20,000 nt of DNA from an uncultured virus (IMG/VR IMGVR_UViG_3300034198_023361) (Duplodnaviria; Heunggongvirae; Uroviricota; Caudoviricetes): the IMG/VR virus record IMGVR_UViG_3300034198_023361; one strand, given 5' to 3'. Positions 16,802 to 20,000 of the stretch are shown piece after piece (the stretch's first letter is position 1; each line of letters begins with the position of its first letter). Position numbers and translations under genes: made by a program. A model generated the notes under the pieces. That model saw only the letters and a list, made by a program, of their open reading frames with translations, had not been told where the DNA came from and searched no databases.

Positions 16802-19183
16802 GTGTATAACAAAAAAGCGAAAGAGTCGTCTGTTAAGCATTGGTTGAAGGTAATGCAGTCGTATGACCGCACCCAGACCAAATATGCCGATCTAGGCGGC
16901 AAAGGCGACGACACCTCCTTCGAGCAGTCGTTTAGCAATCTGGCCCACGCCTATCTGCGCGATTCGGCCCCCAAGCTGCTCGACCACGAAATTGGTTTCC
17001 AGCTTCTCGACCGTAACCGGGAAAACACCAAGGCGGTTGGTGTTTTTGCGTTCAAGGTTGGCTCTAACTGGCTGTATGCGCCGGTGTTCTTCCTCAACGG
17101 CGACCTCAAAGGCCACGAACTCCTGTATATCAAAAATCAGGACATGTTCGTACCGCTTAAGGAAAACTGGATTAACTACCTGATCAACCGCAAGCCCAAC
17201 ATTCTGGGTAGCGGCGTGCAACGCAACCTGTCGGGCATGGGCCAGCGCCAACCGGACTTTACGCAGCTTTCGCGCAGCCCGGCCAAGTTTGGCTCTGCGC
17301 AGCCCACACTCAAAGAGATGATGACGGCTGCGATGCCGGCTCTCGCCAAGAGCGCTACGTTAAATACCGCGCAGGCGTTCAAGGAAATGGGCGACGCGCT
17401 GAACCTGAAGACGTTTCTGAAACAGGCTGGCCGTGAAGTAATCGGCACGCTTATTAACACGTGCAAGCACGCCCCGCAGATCGCCTCCGCCATCGATGAA
17501 TTCTATGGTTTAGATATCATCAAGGAAGCGATGGCCGAAGCGAAGAAGCGTGAACTCGCCGCCAGCGCCAAGATAGCCAGCGTGCTGTCCGAAGCGCCCA
17601 AGAAACCCGCCGCCCAAGCCGGTCTGAAGGTCATCACGTATGATGCGACGGTGCAGACCAAGGCCCCGCACGGCTACACGGAAGAAGATCAGGAGAAGTT
17701 ACTGCGCGACGGCGTGCTGATCCAAGACCAGCGCGACCGCGACAACGTCTCGGTGCCGTATCACATTCAGGTCGAAAAGAAGCTGTTTAATCCGACCGAA
17801 AGCGGCCTGTACGAGATTCTGGTCAAGCCGGGCAACATCGAGCGTTGCTACGTTGCCGTACATCCGCAAGGCGCCGTCAAGCGTGAAAACTTCATCACCG
17901 TCGTGCGCGTCGATGGCGCGCGTAACTGGTTAAACACCCGCGCTGACCAAGTCTTTGCGCTGGCGCGCATTGAGGGCGAAGAGTTTGACAAGTGGTTTGA
18001 CAGCCTGCCGGAAGCCAACAGCGTTCCGAGCAAGGATGCCCGTTACATTGCGCTCAGCAAACGTAACGACACTACTGCGCCGTTTCGCGTGATCAAAGAG
18101 TACGGCAATAGCGAAGATAGCACGATTTACGAAGTGCATCTTGAGGATCACTCAAAGTATCCGCCCAAGGGCAGCGTTTGCGGCAGCTGCTATACCGACC
18201 CGCTGAACTACGACAAGTACCGCGACGGTGTTCGAATTCACCTTAACGGTAAAAAGGGTTCCAGCCTGCGCGCCAGCATGGGCGACATTTTTGTGCCGGA
18301 GGGTTTCAAGCTTCTTAAGGTGAGCAAAGGCGAAGATGACGCCGAAAACGCGGAAGATCAGAACGCATGTGGTTGTGGTGAGAGTGATCCGCCGGCCCTG
18401 ATGCCCGGCAACCTTGTTGACGCGCAACTGGCTCTTATGCAAAAGACCGCCGCGCTGACGGTTTATCACAACGGCTCGTCGGTAACGATTAACAAAGAAG
18501 CCAACCTGAACCCGATCAAAGCGCTCGTTACGCTAGTGGAACACCACGGCCTCCGCGAGCAGGCTGCCCGCGAGATCTTGAAACAAGCGGCCGCCAAGCG
18601 CAAGTTTGAGTGCCGCGTTAAGTACGCCGACCCGTACGGCGGCCCGATGATGATCAACGGCGCTCCGTCAGCGCCGACTGATCCGGGTCCGGTAATGGGC
18701 GGCGAAAGTATCATGGGCACAAACGTTCCTACACAGCTTGGCATTGATACCGCCATGCAGGTGCCGGGCATGAGCGCTAGTCAAACGGACCGCAGCGTTT
18801 ACAACCCGAATACGCTGCTCGACCAAAAAGACGTTCGTTCTGTTATTGATGCCGCGCAGAGCGGACAGCGCGAGGTGTTCGACACCGCGATGGTCGGCGC
18901 CATGTTGCGTGCCGTTCGAGACGACTCGCTTGTCGATAGGTACATGGGCGAGCTGACCAAGGGCCTCGATAAGCTCGGCCGTATCCTGTTCATGTTCTAC
19001 TGGCACGGTGACCGGTTTGCCGAACGTTACGGCAAGGCCGACATGCCGGAACTGGAAGACTCGCTGCGCAACGCGTTTGAAATGCTAGGCGACGTCATTC
19101 TGTTCCTCAAGCAGAAGACGATTGAGCCGTACCCGGAAGAAGCCGCGCAGGATATTGATCTTGGCGCTATCGCAAACGCTTAA
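16802..19183 (+). CDS. Large hypothetical protein (about 793 aa), possibly virion-associated
   Basis: GGAGG (16791-16795) precedes an in-frame GTG at 16802. Many K-x-A motifs. No catalytic motif recognised. Confidence 0.8.
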   Translation: MYNKKAKESSVKHWLKVMQSYDRTQTKYADLGGKGDDTSFEQSFSNLAHAYLRDSAPKLLDHEIGFQLLDRNRENTKAVGVFAFKVGSNWLYAPVFFLNGDLKGHELLYIKNQDMFVPLKENWINYLINRKPNILGSGVQRNLSGMGQRQPDFTQLSRSPAKFGSAQPTLKEMMTAAMPALAKSATLNTAQAFKEMGDALNLKTFLKQAGREVIGTLINTCKHAPQIASAIDEFYGLDIIKEAMAEAKKRELAASAKIASVLSEAPKKPAAQAGLKVITYDATVQTKAPHGYTEEDQEKLLRDGVLIQDQRDRDNVSVPYHIQVEKKLFNPTESGLYEILVKPGNIERCYVAVHPQGAVKRENFITVVRVDGARNWLNTRADQVFALARIEGEEFDKWFDSLPEANSVPSKDARYIALSKRNDTTAPFRVIKEYGNSEDSTIYEVHLEDHSKYPPKGSVCGSCYTDPLNYDKYRDGVRIHLNGKKGSSLRASMGDIFVPEGFKLLKVSKGEDDAENAEDQNACGCGESDPPALMPGNLVDAQLALMQKTAALTVYHNGSSVTINKEANLNPIKALVTLVEHHGLREQAAREILKQAAAKRKFECRVKYADPYGGPMMINGAPSAPTDPGPVMGGESIMGTNVPTQLGIDTAMQVPGMSASQTDRSVYNPNTLLDQKDVRSVIDAAQSGQREVFDTAMVGAMLRAVRDDSLVDRYMGELTKGLDKLGRILFMFYWHGDRFAERYGKADMPELEDSLRNAFEMLGDVILFLKQKTIEPYPEEAAQDIDLGAIANA

Positions 19184-19193
19184 TAGGTGAAAC

Positions 19194-19613
19194 ATGGCTA
19201 GCACGATTTGGTCGGGCACAACTACATTCACAGCTACCAGCGGCAGTGAAACAATCGTACCGGTGAAGATGCCGCATCGCGGTATCCTGCGCGGTTATGC
19301 GCTTGTGCAAACAAGTGGCGGCAACAACAAGTTTGAGGCCGACCTGTATTCAAGTAATCAGGAGACGGAACCGAACGCATCGCTGCCGGCCGAGGCGTTT
19401 CATGTTCTCAGCCTTGCCGATTTTGCCGATGTCGTGTCTGACCCTGATGTCGTGGCGATTGCTGAAAACAGCAACATTAACGTGGCGTATCTGAACCGCG
19501 ACGGTTCTCCGTCAAATCCGCAGCGGTTCTTATATCTTTGGATCAAACCGAACGGTTCCGGCGCTAAGAATTTCGTGCTGACCGTTACCGTTGAAACCCC
19601 AATGCTGCGCTAA
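19194..19613 (+). CDS. Hypothetical beta-rich protein, possibly structural
   Basis: AGGTG RBS. Thr/Ser-rich N-terminus and alternating hydrophobic patterns. Confidence 0.7.
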   Translation: MASTIWSGTTTFTATSGSETIVPVKMPHRGILRGYALVQTSGGNNKFEADLYSSNQETEPNASLPAEAFHVLSLADFADVVSDPDVVAIAENSNINVAYLNRDGSPSNPQRFLYLWIKPNGSGAKNFVLTVTVETPMLR

Positions 19614-19628
19614 GTAAGGAGTGCTACT

Positions 19629-19946
19629 ATGCCTGACACACGTGTATTTCGCGCGCTGCATTTCCCGCATCGACGCCGAGACGTTGTTAGCGAGTTAGAC
19701 CCGACGCCGATCAACGTGCAGCCCGGCGAGATACTGTACGACGAAAACGCAAACAAACTGTATGCCGGGCTTGAAGACACAACGGCTGTGCAGATTGGCG
19801 GCGCGGATAACAACTACGTAGAGAGCGACGTCGCCGAAATTCAGGGCGCAACGGTAATTACAAACATCGTCAAAATTACGCAAACCGGTTATAACGCGCT
19901 GCAGACTAAAGACCCGGCAACTGTGTACTACATTGTTTCCGGGTAA
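19629..19946 (+). CDS. Small tail/tail-fibre-associated protein
   Basis: AAGGAG RBS. PGEILYDENANKLYAG and C-terminal ITQTGYNALQTKDPATVYYI resemble short modules common in phage tail-fibre and minor tail proteins. Confidence 0.55.
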   Translation: MPDTRVFRALHFPHRRRDVVSELDPTPINVQPGEILYDENANKLYAGLEDTTAVQIGGADNNYVESDVAEIQGATVITNIVKITQTGYNALQTKDPATVYYIVSG

Positions 19947-19951
19947 TCGCT

Positions 19952-20000
19952 ATGCCAAGAGTAGACAGCGATACATACATAGGCAGCGCTAATATCACGT
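19952..20000 (+). CDS. Start of a truncated ORF (MPRVDSDTYIGSANIT...)
   Basis: ATG 5 nt after the previous stop, open to the window end. Confidence 0.5.
   Translation, partial: MPRVDSDTYIGSANIT

Noticed and set aside
145..19883. Minus-strand and alternate-frame ORFs in the ORF track (e.g. 3223-3834, 12396-12977, 2476-3048)
   Set aside because: They overlap better-supported + strand genes and show no recognisable motifs, so they are treated as shadow ORFs.

Overview
All supportable genes are on the + strand, tightly packed and co-directional. The content best fits a large dsDNA bacteriophage genome segment (inference; no capsid, terminase or portal gene is in the window). Main contents: a holin-like gene and tRNA-Asn(GTT); a modular 2H-phosphoesterase/DUF5661-like protein; a block of small membrane proteins with an MMP-like (matrixin) metalloprotease and a papain-like C1 protease; several Gly-zipper proteins; a divergent multi-subunit RNA polymerase; an ~790-aa unknown protein; and small tail-like genes. 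The RNAP has an unusual layout. All of beta is fused to the N-terminal part of beta' (9457-13860), and the rest of beta' is a separate gene (14840-16720) after two intervening ORFs. Neither polypeptide (2093 aa in total) contains a cysteine, both beta' zinc sites are lost, and sigma-contact elements have diverged. Neighbouring Cys-poor proteins are punctuated by K-x-A motifs at module boundaries. Together these suggest a virion-packaged, protease-matured, ejected transcription and host-entry system. That is a hypothesis. Family assignments come from motif recognition, not database searches.
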